From an uncultured virus (IMG/VR IMGVR_UViG_3300036406_001455) (Duplodnaviria > Heunggongvirae > Uroviricota > Caudoviricetes), in IMG/VR virus record IMGVR_UViG_3300036406_001455: a DNA stretch of 64,000 nt. One strand, given 5' to 3'. Numbering within the stretch: position 1 is the stretch's first letter; every line of letters starts with the position of its first letter. The notes below the pieces were generated by a model. That model ran no database searches. It saw only the letters and a list, made by a program, of their open reading frames with translations, and was not told where the DNA came from. Shown here piece by piece: positions 7,528 to 15,685 of this stretch. A program made the position numbers and the translations under genes.

Positions 7528-8357
7528 CCGTTCCAATCCTTTGGCGCAAGCTGCTCGATGGCATCCCCCGCTTCCGTGTTGGCCAGGTGCGTGTACTCCT
7601 CGGTGGTCCTCGTGCTGCTGTGGCCCATCAACGTTGCGATCGTCTGCATCTTGACGCCGTTCTCCAGCAGGTGGGTCGCGTAGGTGTGGCGCAGCACGTA
7701 GGGGGTCAACTTCGATACCCCGATTTCGTCTGAGATGCCGGGGTACTGCCGCCCGCGGTTGGTGTACCCGGAGACCGCGTGCTGGATGCACTGCACATTC
7801 ATCGCGCCTTTCTTGCCCGGGAATAGCCACTCGCTGTCCACCCGCTTGAGGTAGGCTCGAAGCACACGCGCGCCCAAGCCCCGAACGTCTACCAGCCGAG
7901 GCTTGGCGCTTTTGCCGTGCACTTCCAGCTTGTACCCGGTAGCTGACTCGCGCACATGCTCCACACGGAGATTGCACATCTCGTCGGGTCGCAGCCCAGT
8001 TTGAGGTAACAGGCACAGCGCGACTTTGATCTTCACATCTTCAATGCGGCTCACCGCCTGGTAGTACGCTGCGAGCTGGGGCCGCGAGAGCGCGAACCGC
8101 ATCGACTTGCTCTTGAGCCCTTCCAACGATGCGAGTTTGTTGCTCGCTTCTTCTTGGGTCAACGTCGTATCCATTTTCATGAGTGCGCGAAGCGCGGCCG
8201 CGCGCGTAGGCAATGCGGTGCCTATGGGGGGTCGTGTCTCGACGAATCGCTTGAAGGACGCCACGAGGGCCGCTTCCGACGACGTGTCGAGTACCGTGAC
8301 GCGGTGCTCATAGGTGCGCGTGCTGTTGTTCGCCAACGCGGTGCGGAGTCGTGGCAT
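7524..8357 (-). CDS. Tyrosine recombinase, XerC/D-like
   Basis: TGLRPDE, VHGKSAK, TPYVLRHTYATHLLENG and LMGHSSTRTTEEYTH: catalytic R, K, R, H and Y present; HxxR is YxxR. Confidence 0.92.
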   Translation of the reverse strand: MPRLRTALANNSTRTYEHRVTVLDTSSEAALVASFKRFVETRPPIGTALPTRAAALRALMKMDTTLTQEEASNKLASLEGLKSKSMRFALSRPQLAAYYQAVSRIEDVKIKVALCLLPQTGLRPDEMCNLRVEHVRESATGYKLEVHGKSAKPRLVDVRGLGARVLRAYLKRVDSEWLFPGKKGAMNVQCIQHAVSGYTNRGRQYPGISDEIGVSKLTPYVLRHTYATHLLENGVKMQTIATLMGHSSTRTTEEYTHLANTEAGDAIEQLAPKDWNG

Positions 8358-8364
8358 GGTTCGC

Positions 8365-8393
8365 AGCGTATTATCAACGTATGCCCTTGTCAA
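8365..8393 (-). promoter_or_regulatory. Recombinase promoter (leaderless type)
   Basis: TTGACA-17 nt-TACGCT, then 7 nt to the ATG at 8357. Confidence 0.7.
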
Positions 8394-8403
8394 GCGCGTT
8401 TCG

Positions 8404-8431
8404 CAACTACATAATACATATTATACGTATG
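8404..8431. other. dif-like 28-bp recombination site
   Basis: CAACTACATAA-TACATA-TTATACGTATG: 11-6-11 layout with inner ATAA/TTAT as in E. coli dif; in a conspicuously AT-rich patch next to the recombinase. Confidence 0.7.
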
Positions 8432-8524
8432 CTGTAAAAACAGCGAACAACCGGCAAAAAACGTAAATCGTGCACATACGATAATAGGCTTGCATATCTG
8501 ATAATAGCTAACGGCATCGGGCCT

Positions 8525-8650
8525 TTTAGCCTTCGGCTTGACACGCGCCCGTGTGCCGAGCTAAAGGGGTCGGGTGGGTTTCGTACCCTTGCCGGCACGA
8601 GCAGAAGTCCTCCGGGTGCAATCGGAAAGCCAAGCTCGTGCCGGCATCCC
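8525..8650. repeat. Two consecutive stem-loops (candidate ncRNA or origin element)
   Basis: Nested TTTAGC/GCTAAA, TCGGC/GCCGA and ACACG/CGTGT (8525-8565); perfect 13-bp inverted repeat TGCCGGCACGAGC at 8590-8602/8634-8646. Confidence 0.6.
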
Positions 8651-8693
8651 CTCCATGGGTTGCTGTTTCCGCGTTTCGTGATAGCCTGTAGGC

Positions 8694-9380
8694 ATGAACA
8701 GACTCACGCTGTGCGCCCCCGGAAACACCCACGCGGACATCATCAAAGCGCTGGGGCCGAGCTTCGGCGTCGTCGCGGAGGGAGACACGCTCTCCGTCGT
8801 CGTGGGCGATGACCAACTCGACACGGCGCGCGCGAGCCTGGAACGCTTCGGCGCCGTTGAAGTGGGCGGCGTTGCGGCCATCACGCCAGAGCATGAGCCT
8901 GTCGCCGACGCAGCTCCGCATCTGGCGCCCGCACCCCCGGAAGCCGACGCCACGCCCCAGGCCCTCGACATCGCCGTGCCCTCGGCCCCCGAGCCCGAGG
9001 CCCCGGCGGTGGAATGCGCGCTCTACTTCTGGGGGGCTCACAAGCGCTTCCTGATGCAACGCAGCGAGCAGTTCGAACGCGACACCGCCGATGTGGCCAC
9101 CTACACGCTGCCCTACACCCTGTGGGACGGCCTGCGCTGGGGTGTGCGGTTCACGACGCGGCAGCCCGAGGTCATCGGTGCCACGGTGAACACCATCGAA
9201 GGCACCTGGGGCCTGTACGTGGCCGGTGCGTGGTGCGCGGGCACCGAGCTGCCCCCCGCGCCTTCTGCGCCCCAGCCGGTTGTCGCCGCGCCTCCGGCGC
9301 CAGGCAACATTGCGCCCAATGCGGCGTCCAACACGGCCAAGCCCGCGAAGCCCGTGGCTGGAAAGAAGCCGAAGAAGTAA
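8694..9380 (+). CDS. Hypothetical protein with Pro/Ala linkers and a Lys-rich tail
   Basis: 228 aa, strong GC3 bias; TAGCCT 6 nt before the ATG. Confidence 0.8.
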   Translation: MNRLTLCAPGNTHADIIKALGPSFGVVAEGDTLSVVVGDDQLDTARASLERFGAVEVGGVAAITPEHEPVADAAPHLAPAPPEADATPQALDIAVPSAPEPEAPAVECALYFWGAHKRFLMQRSEQFERDTADVATYTLPYTLWDGLRWGVRFTTRQPEVIGATVNTIEGTWGLYVAGAWCAGTELPPAPSAPQPVVAAPPAPGNIAPNAASNTAKPAKPVAGKKPKK

Positions 9381-9391
9381 GGCCGGGAGTC

Positions 9392-9817
9392 CTACTCGCT
9401 CGTGATGCGCGCCAACGTCCCGGCGCGGTCCAGCGACAACGCGCATGGGAACGCTGCCGCGTGGTCTGGAAGGCGCTTGGTCCGCCATCCGTAACGGTGC
9501 AGCAGTTCCGCGACAGTGCAGCCGGCCTCCACATCCTCCATGACCGTGTCGCACAGGAGGATGGCCACGCTCCCACGGAAGAACGCTACCGTGGCGCGCG
9601 GAACCTGCGCCGACGCGAGCGCCCGTGCTTCCTCTTCTCGGGTGGGTAGGGGCGCGATGCCGTGCTCGGCAATCGCAGCCGCAGCAGCGAGCACGTGACG
9701 CAGCACCTCGGCGTGAGTCACCCCGGGCGTGTCAGTTTCAAGGTTGACGCTCACACCGCCGTCAGGTCGTGGCTCCAAGACGACGCGCCAACGCGAAGCG
9801 ATTGTACCGTTTTCCAT
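9392..9817 (-). CDS. Hypothetical protein
   Basis: 141-aa ORF lying between two plus-strand genes. Confidence 0.6.
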   Translation of the reverse strand: MENGTIASRWRVVLEPRPDGGVSVNLETDTPGVTHAEVLRHVLAAAAAIAEHGIAPLPTREEEARALASAQVPRATVAFFRGSVAILLCDTVMEDVEAGCTVAELLHRYGWRTKRLPDHAAAFPCALSLDRAGTLARITSE

Positions 9818-9839
9818 GCTGCCGGGTTATCACCCGCGC

Positions 9840-10535
9840 ATGCCTATGCAAGCGCCTGAGTTCGTTCTGTGGGAGATGGCCAAGACCGGATCATCGTTCG
9901 TGCGCAACGTGGTCACCCACGAAGTAGGAGCCGCCGCGATTCTGGACCGGCACGCGCCGGCCATGCAGTGCCCCGAGGAACTTCGCGGACTGCTGCAGGT
10001 CGGAACCGTTCGCGAACCTCTTGCGTGGTATCGCAGCCTGTGGTTGCACCTGCATGCGGACGGCCACGCAGCAAGCACGAAGACGGCCTACATGGAGCGC
10101 ATTCGCAGCCTGGCACCAGCTACCGACTTCCGCAGCTTCCTGTACGGCGCCACGCATCTGCCTGCGACGTGGACTGGCGGGTATCTGATCGAAGAACTGC
10201 CCGTCGTGCCCCCCAGGCTGAGCGCCACGGGGTTGTGGAGCTGGACTGTGCGGTACATGCACACCGACTGGGCGGGTGCGTGGATCGTGGATCGCCTATT
10301 GCCGCTGGAGCACATCTACGAAGGCGTAGGCGCGCTGCTTCAGAAGAACATCCGCGGCTACGGGCCGTTCAACACGGCCAACCAGCTCAGCATCGGAACA
10401 CATGTTCCGCCCGTGGTCGTGGACCACACCGACGTTTTCGACCCGGAAATGCGGTCGTGGGTCAAGGATGCCGACAACGAGCTACGCGACATCCTCTACG
10501 CCCGCGTCCGGGCCGGAAGCATTCAGCTACGGTAG
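9840..10535 (+). CDS. Sulfotransferase-family protein
   Basis: MAKTGSSFV (5'-PSB-like) and TVREPLAWYRSLW (3'-PB-like) PAPS-binding motifs. Confidence 0.7.
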   Translation: MPMQAPEFVLWEMAKTGSSFVRNVVTHEVGAAAILDRHAPAMQCPEELRGLLQVGTVREPLAWYRSLWLHLHADGHAASTKTAYMERIRSLAPATDFRSFLYGATHLPATWTGGYLIEELPVVPPRLSATGLWSWTVRYMHTDWAGAWIVDRLLPLEHIYEGVGALLQKNIRGYGPFNTANQLSIGTHVPPVVVDHTDVFDPEMRSWVKDADNELRDILYARVRAGSIQLR

Positions 10536-10547
10536 CAAAGCGAAGGG

Positions 10548-10567
10548 TGGGCCGCGCGGTCCACCAT
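10548..10567. terminator. Hairpin between convergent genes
   Basis: GGTGGGCC-GCGC-GGTCCACC; no clear U-tract. Confidence 0.4.
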
Positions 10568-10579
10568 CCGTGCCTTGCG

Positions 10580-11314
10580 CTACGCGCTGATGCTGACCCG
10601 GAAGGATTCGAGGCGCAGAGTGGTACCCGCAGCGTCGGTCTGGCCCGTGATGTCCAGCGAGGTTGCGGAGGTCGTGGTCAGGGCAACGGCCCAGGTGCCT
10701 GCGGCGGAGCCCGCCACGTCCTGTGCCCACTCCGAGGCGACCGCGCTGGCCAGTGCGTCGGCGGCGCTGATGCGATAGACCGCCACACCGGTCGCCGACC
10801 CGGGGGCGCCGGTGCTGCGGATGTCGAGGTAGCCGTCGATCGAAATGAGGTCTTCGTCAGCAACCGTGCGACCGGTGGTGTCGAATGCGAGTGTGCCCGC
10901 CAGGCCCCCGATGCGGAGGCGCACTCGGGCGGTGGGGGTGCCCGAGACGGCCGACACGCGAACGAGCGCGGTGAACGCGATGCGGATGCCGACAGACAGG
11001 GAGGAGGGGATGGCCGCCGACCCGCCCGCGAACACGGCCTCGACGTTGGACACGTCCGCCGACTCCGCCACGGTCGCCAATGCGCTGGACGCCGCGCCAG
11101 CAATCCAGACACCACCACCAGGTGTCGTGTAGATGGTGCCGTTGGTCCGCAGGTACACGGAGCCCGCGTTGCGCGTCGCCGTGGGGATTGCAGCGCCCGT
11201 CTCGAAGGTCGCGCCGGTGATGGTCGCCACCGACCCGTCGTTGTTGAGCGTCGCACCGAAACCGATGAGGTCGGTCAGGTTCTTCGTCAGGATGTTGGAG
11301 GTCAGGACAGACAT
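10580..11314 (-). CDS. Putative virion structural/decoration protein
   Basis: 244 aa, Ala/Thr/Gly/Ser-rich and beta-like; GSVYLRTNGTIY...W motif of a type seen in fibre/decoration proteins. Confidence 0.5.
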   Translation of the reverse strand: MSVLTSNILTKNLTDLIGFGATLNNDGSVATITGATFETGAAIPTATRNAGSVYLRTNGTIYTTPGGGVWIAGAASSALATVAESADVSNVEAVFAGGSAAIPSSLSVGIRIAFTALVRVSAVSGTPTARVRLRIGGLAGTLAFDTTGRTVADEDLISIDGYLDIRSTGAPGSATGVAVYRISAADALASAVASEWAQDVAGSAAGTWAVALTTTSATSLDITGQTDAAGTTLRLESFRVSISA

Positions 11315-11414
11315 GGAAACCCTCTACAGGCCCCAAGCTACTCGTGCTGCACCGAGCATTCCAGCCGCGCAACGCAGTTCGCGGGAGCATTGCTCCCTCG
11401 AATCGCATTTCGCC

Positions 11415-11443
11415 TTGACAGCCAAAGGGAGATCGCGTAGGGT
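11415..11443 (+). promoter_or_regulatory. Sigma70-type promoter
   Basis: TTGACA-17 nt-TAGGGT, 4 nt before the ATG at 11448. Confidence 0.7.
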
Positions 11444-11447
11444 TGCA

Positions 11448-11678
11448 ATGACGACAGCACGCCGACACGGAGTCAGCGTGGATCAGAGCATTGTGAAGAA
11501 GCCCCGCGGCCTCGCGGCCGTGGACCCCGAGCGGCGCCGGGAAATCGCCCGTATGGGCGGCCGGGCGGCGTTTGACCAGGGCAAGTGTGTCCTGTTCGAC
11601 TCGAAGACCGGCAGCGAGGCCGGCAAGCTCGGCGGCCGCCCTACGCACAAGGACCGGCGAGAGCTACAGGCGTCCTGA
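11448..11678 (+). CDS. KGG-repeat general stress protein-like
   Basis: RGLAAVDPERRREIARMGG...F......EAGKLGG resembles the KGG family pattern RGFASMDPEKQREIASKGG. Confidence 0.75.
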   Translation: MTTARRHGVSVDQSIVKKPRGLAAVDPERRREIARMGGRAAFDQGKCVLFDSKTGSEAGKLGGRPTHKDRRELQAS

Positions 11679-12956
11679 CTACCCGATCACATCGGCGTAG
11701 TATTCGTACTTGCCGCTGGGGCTCTTCTCGACCCATCCGGAGCCGCTGAGCAGCACGCGCCGACCCGCGGCCTCGGGCATGTACTTGCGCAGGAGGTCGG
11801 CACCCTTGTCCAGCAGCTTCTTGAAGGTCAGGTCGGGCGCCGGTACGGTGGCGCGGGCATCGGAGAACATGCGCTTGCCCGCGAAAGGCTGGGCGTTCGC
11901 AATGGAATCCTTGCTCTTGATGCCCTTGCCCACGTCGTAGACCCACAGATTCGAACCGTCCCCACGTACCAGGATGTCGGTGGGCCGCCAGTCCGACTGG
12001 TACACCCGCGGCGCTGCCGGAGGCTTGGCAGCGGCCTTCTTCTCCTGGGCTCCGCGCTCCTTCTCGATTTCCGCCAAGATAGCCTTCTTCACCTCGGCCA
12101 CATAGGCGGGCGCCACGCGAAAGCCCCCGGGGCTGTAGTAGTCCGTCATGGAGTCCGAGCGATCTTCGTGCGCAAACGGGTGTGCCGAGTCGTTCCCGCG
12201 CTCGCTGGCCAGGTAGGGGAACACTTTGTTGATGCGCGCGGCATCCTCGCGCGCATGGCTGAAGTCCATTCCGGAGGCCATGGAGTAGTGCCGCTGCCCC
12301 GTCTTGACGGTCACGCCGTGCTTCGCCAACACCTTCTTCAACACCCAGCCGGCGCCCACATACGAGAGCGTCCCGCCGGCCTCGCGGCCTACCTCTCCCG
12401 CCACGTCGGCGAACCACGGCCCGTGCTTGGATAGCGCCTCCTGCTTCCGGCGCTCTTCGGCGTCTCGCGCGGCCTGTTCCCGAGCAGGTGTGCGCTGCGC
12501 CGACGCCACGAAGTGAGAGCGCTGCGCAACGTCCGGAAAGACGTGCTCCAGGTACCCGAGCTGCTTGAGATAGTTGCCCGGCACCAGCGGTTTGCCTTCG
12601 AGGTCGCGGAGGCGCGGCTTCGAGATGTGGTAGGGTGTCACGCCGCCATGGCGCAGCGCCTTCCACCCGCCGTGCTCATCCTGCGCCACCAGTTGGATCG
12701 CATCGGCGTCGTGGCTGCCCGGGAACTGCCCGTAGAGCCACACGCCTGGAACCAGCGACGTGCCGCCGTAGGTCGTGGGTGCGGAAGCCTCCGGCCGTTC
12801 TCCGCGCCCGTGGACCGTCAACGCAGCACGTTGCTGGGCGCGCGCCACGCGGCGCAACACGTCGGCCCGGTGGGTAGCCAGCCACGACTGAAGCGAGGGC
12901 GCCGCCAGGGCGTGCAGCTTCTCTACAATGGCGTCGGGTGGTGGGGTGTGCGACAT
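11679..12956 (-). CDS. Hypothetical multidomain protein (425 aa)
   Basis: Long high-GC3 ORF; TAGGCT 6 nt before the ATG. Confidence 0.8.
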   Translation of the reverse strand: MSHTPPPDAIVEKLHALAAPSLQSWLATHRADVLRRVARAQQRAALTVHGRGERPEASAPTTYGGTSLVPGVWLYGQFPGSHDADAIQLVAQDEHGGWKALRHGGVTPYHISKPRLRDLEGKPLVPGNYLKQLGYLEHVFPDVAQRSHFVASAQRTPAREQAARDAEERRKQEALSKHGPWFADVAGEVGREAGGTLSYVGAGWVLKKVLAKHGVTVKTGQRHYSMASGMDFSHAREDAARINKVFPYLASERGNDSAHPFAHEDRSDSMTDYYSPGGFRVAPAYVAEVKKAILAEIEKERGAQEKKAAAKPPAAPRVYQSDWRPTDILVRGDGSNLWVYDVGKGIKSKDSIANAQPFAGKRMFSDARATVPAPDLTFKKLLDKGADLLRKYMPEAAGRRVLLSGSGWVEKSPSGKYEYYADVIG

Positions 12957-12965
12957 GCGGCCAGC

Positions 12966-13553
12966 CTACCCGCAAGCGTGACACTGCGCAACCGTGGTAC
13001 AACATCGCGCTTCGGCCAGCAGCGTCCGCCACACCCGCAGGTCCGGCGCGCTCGACAGGATGTCCGCCCGCGTGTCGGCGTCTACGCAGCGCAGCAACGC
13101 GTCGAGGTCTTGATGGCAGTGCTCTTCGTCGACCACCGCCAGGTGCTCAACTGCGAGCCGTAGGTCGCCTATCCACGGTTCGCATCGGTACACCTCGACT
13201 CGGGCAGCGGCGATATCTGCCGCTGCAACCCAGCGCTGCATGTAGGCGTCGGCGTTCACCTTGGCGTATTCACACGCCACGTGCTGCGCGCGTTGCCACG
13301 CGGCCGCCATGTCGTCCAGAGCGTTGCGCTGTTGCGGGAAGATCGTGCTGAGCCATGCGACCGCATCTACCATTTCCGAGTATCTTTCATAAGATTCGCC
13401 GGATACGGTGGCGCAGAACGCATGTAATAGAGACGATGCGTTCTGCGCGAATGGCTGAGGGTGCTGCATCCAGAACGTGCGAAACGCATCGGACGTATGC
13501 AAAGGCGTGCTGGTAGCTGTAGGCTCCGACGCGCCGCCGCGTGACCGTTTCAT
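12966..13553 (-). CDS. Hypothetical protein
   Basis: ATGA-coupled to the helicase stop. Confidence 0.6.
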   Translation of the reverse strand: MKRSRGGASEPTATSTPLHTSDAFRTFWMQHPQPFAQNASSLLHAFCATVSGESYERYSEMVDAVAWLSTIFPQQRNALDDMAAAWQRAQHVACEYAKVNADAYMQRWVAAADIAAARVEVYRCEPWIGDLRLAVEHLAVVDEEHCHQDLDALLRCVDADTRADILSSAPDLRVWRTLLAEARCCTTVAQCHACG

Positions 13554-15685
13554 GCGGGAGCGCCGATCGTCGCGCCGGCATCGTCCTCGACCCACTGCAG
13601 CTCCCGCAAAAACGTGCTCGGCTTGCCCCCGGTCGTGACGATGCACGCGTGCTGCGCGCGAGAGATTGCGACGTAAAGCACGCGGCGCTCTTCGTCCAGG
13701 CTTTCGCACTTGCTGTGCGGCAGCTTGCCAACCCGGACACCCGCCACGTACACCACGCGCGCCTCTTGGCCCTTCGCGGCGTGGATCGTGCTGAGCAGTA
13801 CCGCTGGCAGGCGCTCCGCGCGGGCCAACGATTCGCGGTAGTCCTGAATGCCCTTCAAGCTCCCAAGGGTCTGGGCGTGGCTCAAGATGGCGCGTAGCGC
13901 GTCGGCGCGGTCCTTGTCGCCGCTCTCCATGCTGTCGTCCTTGTCCACCCCGAGCCAGCGCGCCACCGCGAGGCATCGCGACCCCCACGGCCGCCGCGCA
14001 GCAGCTTCAAGGTCCGCACCGAAGCGCTTCACCGCTGCACTGGCGTGCGCACGCAGGCGCATGTGCAGCTCGGCCCCCTGTCCGGCCTGCTCGCTCGCAA
14101 TAGCCGCTTGGATCACGTCGCGCACATCATCTTTCCGCACGAAGCGCTTGGGCTGGTTCGCCACCTTCACGAGCCCCCACACCGGATGCCCTTCAACACC
14201 TTCGAGGTAGGCCAGGAAGTGCTGCCCCAGCGTGGTTCCCCACACACCACCCGCGGAGCCGAGCACACGCACCGGCAGCCCACGGGCGACGAACGCATAC
14301 TCCAGGTCGACCAGCATCGCGTTGGTCCGGGCGATCACCCTGTAGTTGCCGCCGTCTTGGTCCAGCGGCAGCCCCCGGCGGATTCGGGTGCTCACATCCT
14401 CCGCAATAAACGCGGCTTCCTCCCCGGGGGTTTCTTGCGTGACCACTTGCAAGGGTTCACCCAAGCCCCGATCTGGCAGATGCTGGGTGGCGCCGCCCAG
14501 GTTCCAGTGATGACCCTCGGCCACGGCGTTGGCGGCGTCCACGATGTAGCCCGTGCTCCTGCGGTTCACAGGCAGCGTGAGCAACGTAGCCCCTTCTGCT
14601 CGCGCCAATGCCAAGAACAAATCCGGCTGCGCGCCCACGAACGAGTAGAGGCTTTGCCGCAGATCCCCCACGTAGAGCAGCGACGCGGCTCGGCGCCCCA
14701 GGTGCGAGGCTACGATCAACCGCGCCGGGTTGATGTCCTGCGCCTCGTCGACCATCACGTGGCGGTACAGCGTCGTGAGCCACGCGACGTGTGGCGCGGT
14801 CTCAGCGTTGCGTATCCAGCCCGCGACTGCGCACAGCATGTCGGTAAAGTCGATGACCGCTTCCTTTGCCTTCTCCGCGCGCCAATCCCGACAGAAACGC
14901 GCGAGTCGTGTTGCACTTTCCTGGAGGTCAGGCGTCAGTTTCATACCGTCCGGGAGCCAGCCCATGGCGCGCGCTACGTGCTCCTCCGTCTCTTGCACGT
15001 CGAGCCGCACCATGTTCTCGGCTACGCGATCTGCGTTGGCCAGCAGCGACCACGCGTTGGGTTCATCCTCGCCCTTCTGGCGCATGCGGCTCGCCACCAC
15101 CTGCGCGATTTCGATGGGGTGCCGGCCCCCCGCGCCACCCAAGATGCGCGTGTAGTGGTAACGCGCATCCCCCGGGTACCAGTAGCGCAGCACCGCGTAG
15201 CACCACGCATGGAACGTGAAGATGTTCACCCGCGGGGCAGCCATCGGGACGTGTGCGGCGAGGCGGTTGCGAAGGGTCTCGGCGGCATCCTTGTTGTACG
15301 CCAGCAGACAGATGGACTCGGGCACTTCACCCAACGAGAGGAGGTAGAGCGTGCGCTGGATCACCGTATGCGTCTTTCCGCTTCCTGCCGCAGCCGCAAC
15401 CACGCCGAGCCCCTGCGTGAACGTGGCTACCCGGTGCTGATGCTCATCGAGAAGCGAGAAGTCGGGCGGCGCGATCGAAACAGGCCGATCCGTCGCGTTG
15501 GCTCCCAGCTGCGGAGGCTTCGCGGGAACCAGCGTGGTGATGTCCGCGGCCACGCGCCCGGTCACGTTCACCGTGCCCTTGCAATGCGGGTAACGCGTGC
15601 AAGACCAGAACTCGCCGAAGCCGCCTTTGCGCAGCTTGGTCGGCCCGTTGCACCGCGGGCACGCGGGTTCAGCTTGCGCGCTCAC
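13550..15685 (-). CDS. UvrD/Rep SF1A helicase with N-terminal topoisomerase-type C4 zinc ribbon
   Basis: CPRC...GGFGEFWSCTRYPHC; AAAGSGKT, DEAQD, VGDLRQSLYSF, STIHAAKGQE and EERRVLYVAISRA. Confidence 0.93.
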   Translation of the reverse strand: MSAQAEPACPRCNGPTKLRKGGFGEFWSCTRYPHCKGTVNVTGRVAADITTLVPAKPPQLGANATDRPVSIAPPDFSLLDEHQHRVATFTQGLGVVAAAAGSGKTHTVIQRTLYLLSLGEVPESICLLAYNKDAAETLRNRLAAHVPMAAPRVNIFTFHAWCYAVLRYWYPGDARYHYTRILGGAGGRHPIEIAQVVASRMRQKGEDEPNAWSLLANADRVAENMVRLDVQETEEHVARAMGWLPDGMKLTPDLQESATRLARFCRDWRAEKAKEAVIDFTDMLCAVAGWIRNAETAPHVAWLTTLYRHVMVDEAQDINPARLIVASHLGRRAASLLYVGDLRQSLYSFVGAQPDLFLALARAEGATLLTLPVNRRSTGYIVDAANAVAEGHHWNLGGATQHLPDRGLGEPLQVVTQETPGEEAAFIAEDVSTRIRRGLPLDQDGGNYRVIARTNAMLVDLEYAFVARGLPVRVLGSAGGVWGTTLGQHFLAYLEGVEGHPVWGLVKVANQPKRFVRKDDVRDVIQAAIASEQAGQGAELHMRLRAHASAAVKRFGADLEAAARRPWGSRCLAVARWLGVDKDDSMESGDKDRADALRAILSHAQTLGSLKGIQDYRESLARAERLPAVLLSTIHAAKGQEARVVYVAGVRVGKLPHSKCESLDEERRVLYVAISRAQHACIVTTGGKPSTFLRELQWVEDDAGATIGAPA

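Noticed and set aside
8358..8393. Track start (TTG at 8393) for the recombinase
   Set aside because: That TTG is part of the TTGACA -35 box; the ATG at 8357 fits the promoter spacing.
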